The notes beneath the pieces are model-generated. The model had not been told where the DNA came from and did not search any database. It saw only the letters and a program-made list of their open reading frames with translations. 64,000 nt of DNA from the human T2T-CHM13v2.0 reference genome, Homo sapiens, in NCBI RefSeq assembly GCF_009914755.1, contig NC_060947.1. The stretch is one strand, 5' to 3'. Of the stretch, positions 1 through 13,865 are shown one piece after another (positions within the stretch are counted from its first letter, which is position 1; each line of letters starts with the position of its first letter). The translations under genes were made by a program, and so were the position numbers.

Positions 1-81
1 TGAGCTCTGATGGCACCACTGCACTCCGGCCTGGGCAACAGAGCGAGACCTAATGTCTTATTTAAAAAAAAAAAAAAAAAA
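1..81 (+). mobile_element. Alu 3' end with poly(A), cut by window edge
   Basis: caccactgcactccggcctgggcaacagagcgagacc followed by A-tail. Confidence 0.95.
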
Positions 82-1299
82 GGCATGGAAGGAAGATACT
101 CTTGGATACTCTTGTCTCTTCAGCTACTTGTCTGTTTAAATGCTGAATGCTGACTAATTATTATTGACATTATTAATAATATCCTTCAGGGCACTTTGAA
201 ATAAACTATTTCAAATGTAATTCTAATGTAATACAGTAATTACAGAATTTACAGTTATGAACAAGGGTCAGATCTTTCATCAGGTAAAATATTAAAGGAA
301 TGTAAATTAGTTCTTGGGGGGCCCTGCTTTTGCCTTGGGTCCTCTTCCTTTTGATCCCTCTGATCCTGGCTTCAAGAACCTCTCTGCAGAAATATTCTAC
401 CTAGGTATGAACACCCTAAGCAACAATGCAGTTTCCATTTTGGTCTCTTTCTTATTTCTCATCAGATTTTGGATTTGGGTGGGTTATCTAACACCTGTGG
501 CAGAATTTTGCTGTTTTGGGAATTTACATAAAAAGTTAAATTAAATTTGTCCACTGGATGGCTTTCTGGGATAATAAAGCTAACGTGCTACCACTCTTAA
601 GATGTGACACGGTCCTTAAGATTGGAAATCATCCATTCTTTCCAAAGTGTTTCTTCGGATGGGAGAACATCATGTTTCTGAAGCTGGTTTATGGTTTAGC
701 TCAGAACAAGAAACTCAGTAGTTTATTCTCCCGAAAATGCTTCTTAAACACCAGCATGTAAGGAATTCTTTGTTGTTTTCATTTAGTTTCTGCCTAAGTT
801 CAATCCCGCTTAGTTTTTGAGAACTAGCAAGATTATAGCCCAAAGGTGTTAGGAAATTTAATATTTCATAACAGCTGCTCAAGAGTTTTAAAGAGAAGTT
901 ATAAAACTGGATAACTACTATTTTCTGCTTCCCACTAATTATTCTGGAACAGTTACAATGGCTATTTATGACTACATCAAAAGTTGTTCCTAACTTTGTA
1001 TCTTAGACTTGCAGAATTCTAAAAATACTGAGAGAATCTTCTTTCTGAGATCCGCTTTGTTTGTCAGTAACTTATTTGTGCCATGCTTTCCCATTTTAGG
1101 GGCTGGCCTTTCTGCTAGACGGTGAAATAGACAATGTATTTCTAATGTTCTGCCCAGGGTTCAGTGCCACTGTGACATCCTCCTTGGGCCTGTCTCTTCC
1201 CACTGGATGGGGATTAAGGCTCTAGTGGAGACCTTTGCTTTCCTGTTTCCTCTTGTCTTGTCAAAATATGAAACTCCCTGTTATCATCTTCATTTAGAG

Positions 1300-1398
1300 C
1301 AGTGTTACTCAACATATAGTCTGCAGACTAGTGTTGCTCCAGGACTGGATTAGATATGTACAGAAATTGAGAGTGTGCATTTAGAAAACTTTGTAGCG
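1300..1398 (+). mobile_element. hAT-Charlie DNA transposon fragment (Charlie4-like)
   Basis: cagtgttactcaa...gtacagaaattgagagtgtgcatttagaaaacttt resembles the recalled Charlie4 5' end. Confidence 0.5.
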
Positions 1399-4300
1399 AT
1401 GGATGAGATGAGCTGGAATCTTGTTCTTTTTTGAAAATAGTTTGAAAATATTGTTTTGGAGTCTACTCTGACAAACTGGATTTTGATCCCATGTGCTACA
1501 ATGTACTGAGATGCATATGTTACTCCCTCAGGGTAACATATTTATTTCTGAATAGGCACGTCCTGGACACCCAAAAGGAATAGTGATCAGAAGTGCTGAT
1601 TCCAAGATTGTAATTAACTCAGAATATGGTGCAAAAGGGAGATTTGATTTTCTAAAATACAAGACAAAATATAGCATATTACCTGAGAAACTCCGCTGAG
1701 GAAGTTCCTAGGCTAAATGATATATTAGGCATTCCTAGATGACTTTTCTTCCTATTACAAACTTCATGCTATGTATATGTATATCACATGTGTAATTTTT
1801 ACAAAATCAAATTATACCTGAGTTCCTCCCAAGATAAAAGTTATGAGTCCAGTGTTATTCAGTGGTAAAAGAGTAAAATACTCTTTCTCATCAGTGCCGA
1901 GAGCTCATCTGACTGATGTAAATTGGTTCCCCTAGAAAAAGAAATGCCATCTCAGGAGGAATTATATTTCACTTTGTTTACTTTAAGGCAGGATCAGGCC
2001 CACCAGTCTCTGATGTTGGTGATGAGAATAGATTGCTCCCATAAGTAGCTCTACCTCCTTTTCCTTGGCAAACTCGCCAAGAATGTATATCAAGTAACAC
2101 TTCTTTCTAGTCCCACGAAGATGCCAAGGACTTGAACAATTCTCACTCTGCCTCATTGGAGTGGCAGTAAATCCCTTGATCAACTCTGACTCCAATCCTC
2201 AGGTGAAATGGAGAGAATAAGTAGCTAGAACTGAAGTGCATTTATATTAGTCAAACCATTTTAGCTCTGTGCTTGCTAAAACAGTAGCAGGGAGGAAGGA
2301 AAAGTAACTTGTTACTTAGTTAACTTGCTAGAATAATTTTAATTGGGGTTCTTCTCATTTGGGGAAAGTAAATATTTCTTCTGTTGTTGTAAACTTCTAA
2401 AAGGAAGGGGGTAGGGGAGTATTTTTTTTATATCATTCTCTGTTTTGTGCTTTGTTTTCTTTTGCTTCTTTGTGCCTGACAAAAGTACAGACAGAATACA
2501 CTAAAGATAAATGAAGGCTCCCAGATGCTGGCACGGTCTTTAAGAAAAGTTCACATTATCTTCCAACGAGTCCAATTCATCTGCTCTCTTTTGAAATTAT
2601 TCCTAGAAATGTTGTCTTCATGAAGGAACGAAGTCACTACAGCAACAAAACCATCTGATGTGTTATGAACATTTCAGGGCTGTGTCTCAGTGGGAATATT
2701 TCTAAATACGACAATAGCAGCATGACAATCAATGAGGTGATTAATTAACTAAATCATGTTTCAGTTGAATTCAGAAAGAGATAATCTCCAAAGCATTTGC
2801 CTAAACCACAAGCAGATTCCTTTGTCCAAACCGAAAGTTTGAAAGCATTTTGGTACCACGGGTTATTCTGCTTTACAAATATAAAAGACATTTAAAATCC
2901 TTGTAGCTGTCTCTGGGTTTTACCCACCTTATCAAAAGTATCTTTGCATGAACCTTAAATAAGAATCAAAGTTTCTAGGTTAGAACAAAGCAAGTTAGAA
3001 CAAAGGTGACCTTAAAGACTTTCTCCATTATTTTAGCTTAATTCAGTAGCAAATTAACTTTTTTAAAATAATGAATTGAGGGTACTGAAGCCCCTAAATC
3101 ATGCATCATTTTAGCAATTCTCCCTTGGAGGAATGAGATATAGGATCTTCCAGATATAGAAAGTTTTAGGACTGCAGCAGCCTTTCAGGATTCATGCCTA
3201 GGACTAGCCAGGCCTAGAAAGTCAGCCAACTAACTTTTCTTTCAGAAATCTGGCTTTCTTTTTTTCCGGATGCACTATTTCTGAATGCTCTCAATCTTCT
3301 GTTGTTCTTATTGCATTCTTGGCTTTGGACCATTGCACTGCCTTAATACATTATTTCTATGTGATCTCTGGCCTTTGGCTACTTGTTTGGATTTTCTTAC
3401 ATCACTTTCTTGTCTTCTAGCTTTTAGATATAATCTATGGCTAGACTACTCTTTTTATTTATTCTTCCCATTTTCTCCCGTACCTTCTATTGTCAGTACT
3501 GGTACTGACTCATAGGCCTTCTCTTAATCATTGTTGTTCATGACCTTGCATTACAGCTGAAGAACAGGGTGTGTTGGTACCATATAGATATACTATATTC
3601 CATTTGGCAGTAGCAAGGTAGAGGAAAGCCTGTCTATGAAAATGGCTACAATTTTCATTTGACTTTCTTTTGCTTTGAATGTTTTTGGCTTGTGTCACAT
3701 TGTATCTTAACATGTATAAAGTCTTTTTATAATATCAGAGCCTTAAAACTATGAATTATTACTTTCACAGGGCTTACCACTTGCTGTATATAAAACCAGT
3801 TTTTATTTAGCTTTTGTTAACTACCTATTTTTTGAAGAAACACATTTACCTTTCCTTATTATGTGATCATGAAGGCATCTAGAAGACAAGTTGGGTAAGA
3901 ATTAAATTATATGCAATATACTCAACTACAAAGACTGACCCATTTTCATCCTGACACCATTAATAGGCAGAAACATTCACCTCATCTAGAGCACTCATTG
4001 TTTATACCACTTAGTTTATGTGTTCTGGATTTAACTGTCATTTATATGGATGACTTTTCTTCCCATACACAATCTAAGATCCATACTACCTCTGTATCCC
4101 CAATATTTAGTGTATTACTTTGCATATGATAGTTTATTATCAGTCAATAAACTGACAGACAATGTACAATGAACCCTGGAGGTAAAATGAAGGTTTTGGT
4201 GTGTCCCTTTCAGCAGTCATTCTGAGAATCTCTAAGAAGATACATTTATCAAGGAAACACTCTAGAAAAGTTAATAGATCAATATAAACCCTCCAGCTGG

Positions 4301-4957
4301 CTTTTCTTCTAACTATAAAATGAGTTGGTTCAGCAAAGAATAACAGTTGTGATAAAAAATCCTTTTTTTCCCCAAATATAAAACCTGAAGCCTTTCTGAA
4401 TAAACTAGGACAAACCTTATGACGCACTTGTGCTAATTCATGTGCTTGTAAATTATTTCACATGTGCTAAACTCTCACACTTTAGCAACCAATATATCTC
4501 AGATTCAATACAAAAGCATTATGTTTATGCTTTTCAAATTTTTTTTCTCCTTTCATGTCAATAATTAGTGCAGAATATACTTTGTTGATTTAATACAAAC
4601 ATTATATTGCACTCCTACTATGGAATAGATTATCAAGGGGATGCATTGACTTGTTGAAAACCTACTCATTGTACCTATTTTATTTCTACTTTATCTTTTT
4701 GGTTCATGGTAAACCAACAGAGAGTTCACATGTATAATGACATGTGTGTTTGATATAAAGTATATTCAAAAACTGCAATGTAAGTTACATTATGCAGTTT
4801 AGTTGGTACCTAAATTTTCCATATATTATAAGATAGTGCAGAAAGTATTCTGAATGTATTTTGAATTGTGATGTCAAGCTGAGGGAAATTCAGTAGTTCC
4901 TAGAGAAAAAGAGCCAGTCTTAAGACATGCACAAGAGCCGTTTGCGCACATAGTATG

Positions 4958-5323
4958 TGTATTAGCTCGTTTTCACACTGCTATGAAGATACTACCTGGG
5001 ACTGGTTAATTTATAAAGGAAAGACGTTTAATTGGCTACCAGTTCCGCATGGCTGGGGAGGCCTCAGGAAACTTACGATCATACTGGAAGGTGAAGGGGA
5101 AGCAGGCACCTTCTTCACAAGGCGGCAGGGGAGAGCCAGAGTGCAAAAGGAACTGCCACTTTTAAACCATTAAACCTCATGAGAACTCCCTCACTATCAC
5201 GAGAACAGCATGGGGGAAATCGCCCCCATGATCCAATCACCTCTCACCAGGTCCCTCCCTCAACAAGTGGGGATTACAATTGGAGATGATATTTGGGTGG
5301 GGACACAGTGCAAAACCATATTA
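4958..5323 (-). mobile_element. THE1 (THE1C/D-like) MaLR solo LTR
   Basis: tgtattagctcgttttcac...caaaaccatatta termini; perfect 5-bp TSD GTATG at 4953-4957 and 5324-5328. Confidence 0.93.
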
Positions 5324-5372
5324 GTATGATTTGAGGAGCACTGATTAAAGAACTCTTTATAAAAAAATACTG

Positions 5373-5535
5373 AGAATGGACTTTGGAGCCAAATAGGCCA
5401 GAATTTTCAAACTGCCTTTTCAACTTATTAGTAGTATGATTTTAACTATATCATCTCCTGTCTCTGAGCCTTAGTCTCCTTATCTCTGAAACGGAAGAGA
5501 ATAATAAATTCCATGCTTGAGAACGAACTGAGATG
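5373..5535 (+). mobile_element. MIR SINE
   Basis: ggactttggagcc...tctctgagccttagtctccttatctctgaaa MIR core. Confidence 0.7.
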
Positions 5536-5807
5536 TCATAACAAATATTCAAAAGTCATTGATTCCCTTTCCCCTTACTGTTGTCCTATCACAATATCTA
5601 AAATTCTGTAAGTGGATATTAATCTTATTGTTGAGGTGACAACACTACAGACAAGCTTGATTAAAAGTACAATATCCTTTGAAAGGGCAACATACTGAAC
5701 AAATATGCCTTAACATTTTAGATATTACTTCATGGAGCCCTGACGGAGTGGAATCAGGAAGTTCTAGTAAAGAAGAAATGGTTGGCAATTGTTTTTTCAC
5801 TTTGCTT

Positions 5808-5977
5808 TGTTTTATTTTTTTAGAGATGGGGTCTCGTTATGTGGCCTAGGCTGGAGTGCAGTGGCTATTCACAGGTGTGATTATAGTGCACTGAAGCCAT
5901 GATCTCCTTAGCTCAAGAGATTCTCCTGTCTCAGTCTACTGATAGCTGGGATTTCAGCTGTGTAACACCACACTTGG
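5808..5977 (-). mobile_element. FAM (fossil Alu monomer)
   Basis: Monomeric Alu-like sequence retaining the 7SL-derived gtggctattcacagg segment, T-tract on left. Confidence 0.8.
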
Positions 5978-6219
5978 ATTTAGGTTGGCAAATTTGAACA
6001 CAATTGCTTCCAGAGGTGGACAGAACCAAGCAGGACATTGCAATTATGGGATATAGACAATATAGTCAGAATACTAGGTGCCCAAGGGATGCTCAGCAAG
6101 GAAGAATGAATACAGAAAAGATAAACACAGCTGCTTCCAAATTTTGCTAAGATTAGGCACTGGTAGAAGGCAATGCCCCCAACATGGGAAGATGTTCAAA
6201 TTGCTGATTTAGATGATCA

Positions 6220-6445
6220 AAATAATATGAAAACACATGTTTCAGGCACATTTTTATGTATTTCATACTCATTAACTCATTTATTGCTCACAACAACTCC
6301 AAGAGGGAGGAGATACTATTATTTTCATTTTCCAGATGAGGAAACAAGGCACAGGGCAATTTGTTCCTTGTCCAAACACAGAACTAGTAAGTGTATATGC
6401 CAGAATTTAAATCTAAGCAGTGTGGCTTCAGAGTTCATGTATTTA
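6220..6445 (-). mobile_element. MIR SINE
   Basis: attttccagatgaggaaacaaggcacagg core on reverse strand. Confidence 0.8.
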
Positions 6446-6569
6446 AACTTGGAGTAACAGTCAGCCTTGTATTTCTTATACTCAAAACATGAATTAACAT
6501 CCTTAATTCTGTATTCTTGAGGCACAAATAATTGGCATATTGGAAACATCAACAAACTGGGAAGCAAAA

Positions 6570-6700
6570 AGCCTGTATTCTAGTTTGAGATGTATTAGCC
6601 ACAGGGACCATGGACAGGTAATTTCCTGTCCTTTGGACCTCATTTTCCTGATCTGTCCACTGATGGGTTTGAGCTAAATAAGATTCCTTTTAATCCTGGT
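6570..6700 (+). mobile_element. MIR/MIR3 fragment
   Basis: ctttggacctcattttcctgatctgt core-like. Confidence 0.5.
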
Positions 6701-7529
6701 TCTAGGAAACATTGTAACAAGTAATTGGTTTTAAAGGTATTCAGAATTTTATTATGTATTTATTCTGAAAACACTTCTTGTGATTTGGATAACAATCACC
6801 TTAATTCTCTCTTTTTAGCAGCTATAGAATTTCTGTGGGATTTATAACTGTATCTGAGCTTTGGAATGTATAATTATGATAGGCGTATGCTGATGATCTT
6901 GATTACCATAGAAATCATTACCATTGAAGTTTCTTTCAGAACCCTCTTAACTTTTGAATGTTTTTTCTTGCTGTTTTTCAATGATGAAAAGCAGGATGGT
7001 CTTTTAAATTTATTTTCATTTTTAAATTGTTCATTCACCAAGAGGAACTATTGCCAATAATGACGGGTAGTGTAGAGTAAACGCCTCTCTACCCCACAAA
7101 GAAAATTATGAATGGTCCACCACACATTTAATTAATTTTTTTTGTCCCAGCAGCGGCTCAACTTAAATGGTATTTTTGGCATCATAAATTTCATGAAATG
7201 GCTGTCATTTCAGCTTCATTTCCGTCCTCTTGGCAGGTTTTTTGTACACTTGGCCTGGAAAAGTTATAGCTATGTTCTATTTAGATTGATGTAGGATTAG
7301 GTACATTTGATTGAACTGCTGAACTAATTCAGCAGCATTTTCATTTGACACAGATGTATTACTCTGCATTCATCAGCTGCAGTACTCAGCTTTAACCTTC
7401 TGGTCTCAAGGATCAGTTCTCAAAATGTGGCTGCAAAGTTTTCCCAAGTTCACCTTCTAGAATTTTAAGTAAAAGCAAAAGACCAAAAACTGATGTTAAT
7501 ATATATTCCTAAGAAGAAATCCAGACATG

Positions 7530-7753
7530 ATTAATCTCTCTCTCCTCTGGGCCCCACAGCACTTTGTTTTGATCTCTATTAAAGCATTTATTGAATGTTG
7601 CTTTGAATTCATGTTAGCTGTGTACATGTTTATCTTTTCCGCTAACCTAAGTTCTTTGTGAATAGGAACTACATCCCTTAGTGAATATCCTCATAGGGCC
7701 TAGCATAACACAGAACACAAAATAAGTGCCCAATGCATAATAGCTGAATAAAT
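7530..7753 (+). mobile_element. L2 LINE 3' end
   Basis: gggcctagcata...aagtgcccaatgcataatagctgaataaat L2 tail. Confidence 0.65.
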
Positions 7754-8374
7754 TAACTTGTCAAATTCAGGAAGCTGCTCAGGAAAATTCCTTCTTTGAA
7801 CTCAATGTAACTCCTAAGTGGAAAACAGTATTACAAGATATTTATTTCCTGCCAAATTAGAGGGTGCTGTATACTCTGGGAAACCAAACCTAACACCAGG
7901 TCCTTTTGCATTTCTCGCAGAATCTACCATTTTGCTGTGATATAGGTGTTTTCTGCTTTATGAAAATATATGGCATATAGAAGAAATGCTAACCTGATTG
8001 TATGAAGTATACCGGCAACTTCCCAGGGTATACTCTCCCTGTCTCTAATTCTTCACATTGTGAATGGGGAGAAACATAGATGCTTCCAATTTCAAGACTG
8101 TTAAATATATCTGGGACCTCAGTAAATGCCAAAATTGAGGGGAGAGAACGAAAAAAAAAGATGGGAAAAACTTTTATGTAAAGATGTAGCATCCTTAATT
8201 GCAACAGATTACATTATTCCATCTCAGAAGCCTAGATGACTGGTGAAATGAGACTGAAGATGGAGTTGAGATTCCCCAGCAACAAGAAAATGTGCCATAA
8301 TTCTACGTGTCACAATCTGTTTCGTTAGACAATACTATTTAGCTGCAGCGTGATTATGTGTACGTGAGACTGCT

Positions 8375-8765
8375 TGTTCCGAGTTGAATTGCGTCCCTCC
8401 AAAAACGATGGGTCGGAGTCCGTACCCCCAGTACTTCAAAATGTGATCTTTTCTGGAGATAGGATCTTTATACAGGAAATCAAGTTAAAATGAAATCCTC
8501 AGGGTGGGCCCTAATCCATATGACAAGTGCATAAAAATGGAAAATTGGACACAGAGGCAGACATGCATAGAGGGAAGATGATATGAAGGGACTTAGAGAG
8601 AAAATGGACATCCTCAAGCTAAGCAGAGTGGCCTAGAACAGAACCAACCCCGCTGACACCTTGATTTCAGACTCCTAGCCTCCATACCTGGGAGCCGATA
8701 CATTTCTCTACTTTAAGCTACCCAGTCTGTTGTACTTTTTTCAGTTAGTCCTAACAAACTAATCA
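8375..8765 (+). mobile_element. MLT1 (MLT1B-like) solo LTR
   Basis: gttgaattgcgtccctccaaaa...agggtgggccctaatcca...gacaccttgatttcagact...aaactaatca. Confidence 0.85.
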
Positions 8766-8774
8766 GCTGTTACA

Positions 8775-9200
8775 CTACAGAAATTTAGAATTTTAGATTG
8801 GAAGAGGCTTTAAGAAATCACTGATTCTGGTTCCTTCTTTGCACCCTTGGCCAATGTCTAAGACATTCACATCAAAGAGAGGTTCATTTGCCCAAGAAGG
8901 AAAAAAAAACAATAATGTGCATTGTCTTAAGTGAATAGTCGAGAGGTTTTTCAACCTCTTAAGAAATTATTTCTTATGATTAACCATAGCCAAATATTTA
9001 CTATAAATATCAGCCCATTTGTTTTTGCTTTTTTCTCTATGAGAGACGGATAACTGGTCACCAGTAGTATCACAAAATCATTCATATGTCAGAAGGCATA
9101 CTGCAGTCTTCTTTAATGGAATAAAAACGAATTCCTGCATATTAATCCTCAAAAGGTCCACTTTCCATTTCTTTAACAGTTTAGTTTAGTCACTCTTATC
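8775..9200 (-). mobile_element. Degenerate L3/CR1 fragment
   Basis: agaattttagattggaagaggc and ttaagaaattatttcttat...cccatttgtttttgc resemble the L3 3' region; highly diverged. Confidence 0.4.
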
Positions 9201-9952
9201 TGAATTATCTCCATTAATTTTCTCACATAATTTTAAAAAACTATAGCGGCTAATCAAAATCTAGGTATGTGTGCCATTTACACTGTAACTTATCCCAGAA
9301 ACACAGTCTTTCCCTCTCCCCACAATGCTGCTACAGTATCTTATTATCTTGTAATCTTTCTTTTTCTTGTTTGAATATCCAGCTGTGTATTCTCCATCTT
9401 ACATAGACATTCTTGCCCTTGGTTGTTTATCCCTATTTTTCAGGATCTTTTTTTCCTGCTTAGTAAAGATTATTTCAGATGTTACAACAGTTCTTCAAAA
9501 AATGGCATTGGCGGAATTTAATATATATAAATCTCACTGTATTCTTGTTTGCTATATCCAGTAAATCACTCATTCATTAAATATTTATTGATTGCCTATA
9601 ACTCGCAAGCATATTTCAAGATACCGTTTATAAAAAAAAGCACTCTTCTTGTATTCAAGAAACCAATCATCACATATAGAACAGACACACACATACATAG
9701 TAAAAAAAAAAAAAAAAAGTGTGATGTAAATAATAAAGTTCAGCTCTCTGCCTGAAAGTAATATGGCTAAGATTATGTACGCAATACCTAACTTATAATT
9801 GAACTGCATTTCAGAGGTTCACTTAAAATTAAGTTAATTTGAAATCAAAGTGAATTTTCTGATAGAAACACCATCATAAATGATGATCAGGTCCCAAGTC
9901 AGCCCACAGACTCTTTAATCCACAATGTAACTACCCTATGTTATTAATTGTA

Positions 9953-10248
9953 CTTTATTTATTTATTTTGAGACAGTCTTGCTCTGCTGCCCAGGCTGGA
10001 GTGCAGTGGAGTGATCTCAGCTCACCACAACCTCCACCTCCTGGTTCAAGTGATTCTTGTGCCTCAGCCACCTGAGTAGCTGGGATTATAGAGATGCACC
10101 AGCATGCCTGGCTAATTTTTGTATTTTTAGTAGAGATGGGTTTTCACCATGTTGGCCAGGCTGGTCTCTAATTCCTGGCCTCTAGTAATCCTCCCGCCTT
10201 GGCTTCCCAAAGTGCTGGTATTACAGGCTTGAACCACTGCAATCAGCC
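9953..10248 (-). mobile_element. AluS (Sx/Sz-like), full length
   Basis: Dimeric Alu; imperfect TSD tatgttattaattgta / tgtgttactaattgta. Confidence 0.95.
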
Positions 10249-10711
10249 TGTGTTACTAATTGTAGTTTAGACGTGAATCATCTTGTTAACAAAGTATATA
10301 TTTGAGTTCTAAAGACACTCAGGGCACATTTCTTCTCCCATTCTACTTTAATCAATTCTAGAAGTCACTGGGAACTTGGCTTCTGCTCCTTTAGAGATGG
10401 AGGCAGCCAATCTCATTTCCCAACATGGCCTCAGCAGTGCAAGAAAAGAACCTCTCACACTTAACTGTTAGGAGGATAGGGGTAGAAGCTCTGTGGCGGG
10501 AGTTGTGGCAGCACAATAAAGATTTGATGGCATGGATTCTTACAACAGCAGCAAAAAGGATGGAGGTGATCATATTGATGGCAATATTGGTAGCAGAGAG
10601 GAGATGGCAAGGTGTCTAGTCAGCATGGGAAAACTTCCGTGTGTGACTAATTCATAAAGGGTAGAAGGAAAAAGCCAAATACATAGAATCTGAAGCCAAT
10701 TTCTTTAATAT

Positions 10712-10860
10712 TTGTATGAATTTGAATGAACTACTTAAACTTTTTATGCATTTCTATACATTTGTTAGTTGTGGATAATATTTCTTTCAGAGGATTGTGT
10801 TGACATAGTTATATAATAGTACCTAGCTCATGTCTAGCACATGGGAGGTGTCCAATTAAT
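10712..10860 (+). mobile_element. MIR SINE (degenerate)
   Basis: ctacttaaac...cagaggattgtg...cctagctcatgtctagcacat. Confidence 0.5.
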
Positions 10861-11003
10861 GCCATCAAACTCAAGTCTGTGCTTTGTATCCTAATTTGAG
10901 AATGTCATGTGGGAAAGAATCAATGGCCTTGCATGAATTGAATTGATTAAATATGTTTTTCCCTTTTTCAATGAAACCCATTAGGCCATTAAGCTGACGC
11001 TGA

Positions 11004-11236
<233 letters not shown>

Positions 11237-11736
11237 TAATTAATATTCATGATTCTATGCATCTGTATGTTTTAAAACGGCTGTTAGATCATTTTTTTCC
11301 TAATATATATTTTAAATGACAATGCTAAAATGACCAATCTACTATTTGAAGGGGCATCTTTTTTACCTTTTAAATACGTGCATATTTGTTCTTTTCCAGT
11401 CCTTAGGAATATGAACTGATCCATAATTTCTCAAATTAGAAACAGTGGATCTCTAATATTTGCCAGTGCTTTATATAACCAAGTGGCTGGCTGCAGGCTC
11501 TGCAAATTTGTTTCTATTTTCTTTTCTAAAGTCACCTCTCCCTTTATTTTCTTAAGTCATCCCTCTCTGCATTTGAAGTTTTATCTGCTTAACTAGACCT
11601 CAAACACAATAGGCAAAGAAGAGGACTCAAGAAAATGTTAGACAATAAAGGGAAGCTCACATCAAAGGATTTGTGGGACTCTGTTATATTTTATTTTCCC
11701 TTTGTTGAAACACATTGTCAAAAGTTTTCCAATGAA

Positions 11737-11997
11737 GACCAAGTGGGAGGACTGCTTGAAGCCAGGAGTTCAAGACCAGCCTGGACAACATAGCAAGTCC
11801 CCTGTCTCTACAAAAAAAAAATTTTAAATAGCCAGGCTTGGTGGTATGTACCTGTAGTCCCAGCTACTCAGGAGACTGTGGCCAGAGGATTGCTTGAGCC
11901 CAGGACTTTGAGGCTAAAGTAAGCTATGCTGGCACCATTGTACTCCAGCCTGGCAGCCTGGGTGACAAAGTGAGACCCTGTCTCAAAAAAAAAAAAA
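11737..11997 (+). mobile_element. 5'-truncated AluJ
   Basis: J-type ggattgcttgagcccagg; TSD aaagttt(t)ccaatgaa on both sides. Confidence 0.92.
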
Positions 11998-12807
11998 GTT
12001 TCCAATGAACAGTATCTTGTTGTTGTTGTTGTTTTAATATGCTAAGGTGCTTTATTGCTATGATGCTGGAATTGAGAAGGCCAGGCAGCAGACTTGACTC
12101 AATCACATTATTCTTCCTAAAAAAAATTGGTCCAGAGAGATAAAAACAGAATAAACAAACCTTAATATCTTAATATCTGATTCATATATAAAGCCCATCT
12201 ACTTTAGCTAGTTGATTTGTTTTCAGTGTAAACTATATTACCTCTGTATTTGAAATCAAATAAGTACTAAAACCAAATTTGGGGAGAGGAACATTTTAAT
12301 TTTATTTTCAATTCTTATTATAGTTTGGGGGACTTTATTTGATAAGTATTCAAGTTGTAGTAATTGTTTTAGCTGCATATTTTACCGTGATCCTTTTTGT
12401 TTCTAAGTAGTGTCTTCCATAGCTAATCATTATGACCTCGATATTAATCCAGTTTATTTTCTGCTTAACTTTCTGCTCACAATTTGTTTTAAGCTATGCT
12501 GTAAAGAATAAATTCAAGTTGGAATTGTTTGATAAAATAAAGCAAGTTTCTCACTAAAGGAAAACAATAAGTATATTTAATTTGTGTAACAGGATGCTAT
12601 AAATTATGTGGCCTTGGTAGACTGAATTATCTATAGGGAAAAGAGAGGAAGCCATGGAGAGACAGGACTGGGGATAGGGCCACTCGCCTGGCTGAAGGGC
12701 TGGGTTAGTCTAAGTTATAGTACCTAAGGAAGGTGCCATCCTGGTTGGGTTCACCATACAAGAGTTCCAATGAAGTTGGTGGGATGAGGCAGTAGGAGCA
12801 TTTAGCC

Positions 12808-13146
12808 CAGTGGTTCTCGACACTTGGCTACACATGAATATCATTTGCAGCCAACAGACACATGAAAAAATGCTCATCATCACTGATCATCAAAGAAATG
12901 CAAATCAAAACCACAATGACATACCATCTGATGCCAGTTAGAATGGCAATCATTAAAAAGTCAGGAAACAACAGATGCTGGAGAAGATGTAGAGAAATAG
13001 GAACGCTTTTACACTGTTGGTGGGAGTGTAAATTAGTTCAACCTCACATCCAGAGACTGTCATTCAATTCATCTGGGGCGTAGTTTTGGTGTCCAAAGCA
13101 CTCCCCCAAGGAGATTCTTAACCGACAGCCATAATTGAAAACCATT
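12808..13146. mobile_element. MER5 (MER5B-like) DNA transposon interrupted by an L1 fragment
   Basis: Termini cagtggttctc ... ttgaaaaccatt; internal cttggctacacat and ccagagactgtcattcaatt. Confidence 0.7.
12846..13043 (+). mobile_element. Internal L1PA ORF2 fragment without poly(A) or TSD
   Basis: Encodes [19 protein letters not shown]...[13 protein letters not shown] of the L1 ORF2 C-terminus. Confidence 0.92.
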
Positions 13147-13757
13147 AATTTTATCAGGTGTTGTGATAGAGCAAAGACATTAGACACGCTGAGTTGTATG
13201 AAAGATGACATGGGCCAGCTGCTTGGATTATGATGGTGGAAAGATACCTAGAGCTAAGGATGCTGGGTTGAGCAGTAAAGTTTTTGTTCTAGTGAAACAA
13301 TCAAGAAACCAAGTGAGCAAAGTAGTTACACTGACTGAATAAATAAAACAGGTGATGAGATAAATTATGAAATTTATAATAAGTGAGTGGTTACACACTA
13401 GACAGCTACAAAGCTCAGGGGAGTAAAAATCATTGAGCAAGTGAAGAGGCTTTTGGACATATTTAGCTACCATCAGAGTGCTTATTAAACTTCATTAGTC
13501 AGTGAAAACTATTCCCCGAAGATATTTTGAATTTATTCCACTGCTACTGCCCCTTAGGAAAAAATGATTATATAATTAATAAAAACAAAAGCTGGACTGT
13601 GAGAGAATAAGTGTATGTGTAAGAGAGTGTATAAATCATGATGTTGGTTTTCTTAGGAGGGAGGTTAGTTTTGATTTCATAATACAAACTAATGGAAAGA
13701 AGAGCAAACAGGCAAAAATAGCCTATTTTTAGTACCTTCATTGTTTGGAGAAATCTG

Positions 13758-13865
13758 TTTCATTGAGTCAGTAAATGTCAAGTGTCTACTATGTCCCAGG
13801 TATTGTTTTAGCCACTGGAGATAAAGCCGTGAGCAAAATATAAATGAGCCCTATCATCACAAAAC
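13758..13865 (-). mobile_element. L2 3' end
   Basis: agtgtctactatgtcccaggtattgttttagccactggagata. Confidence 0.65.
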
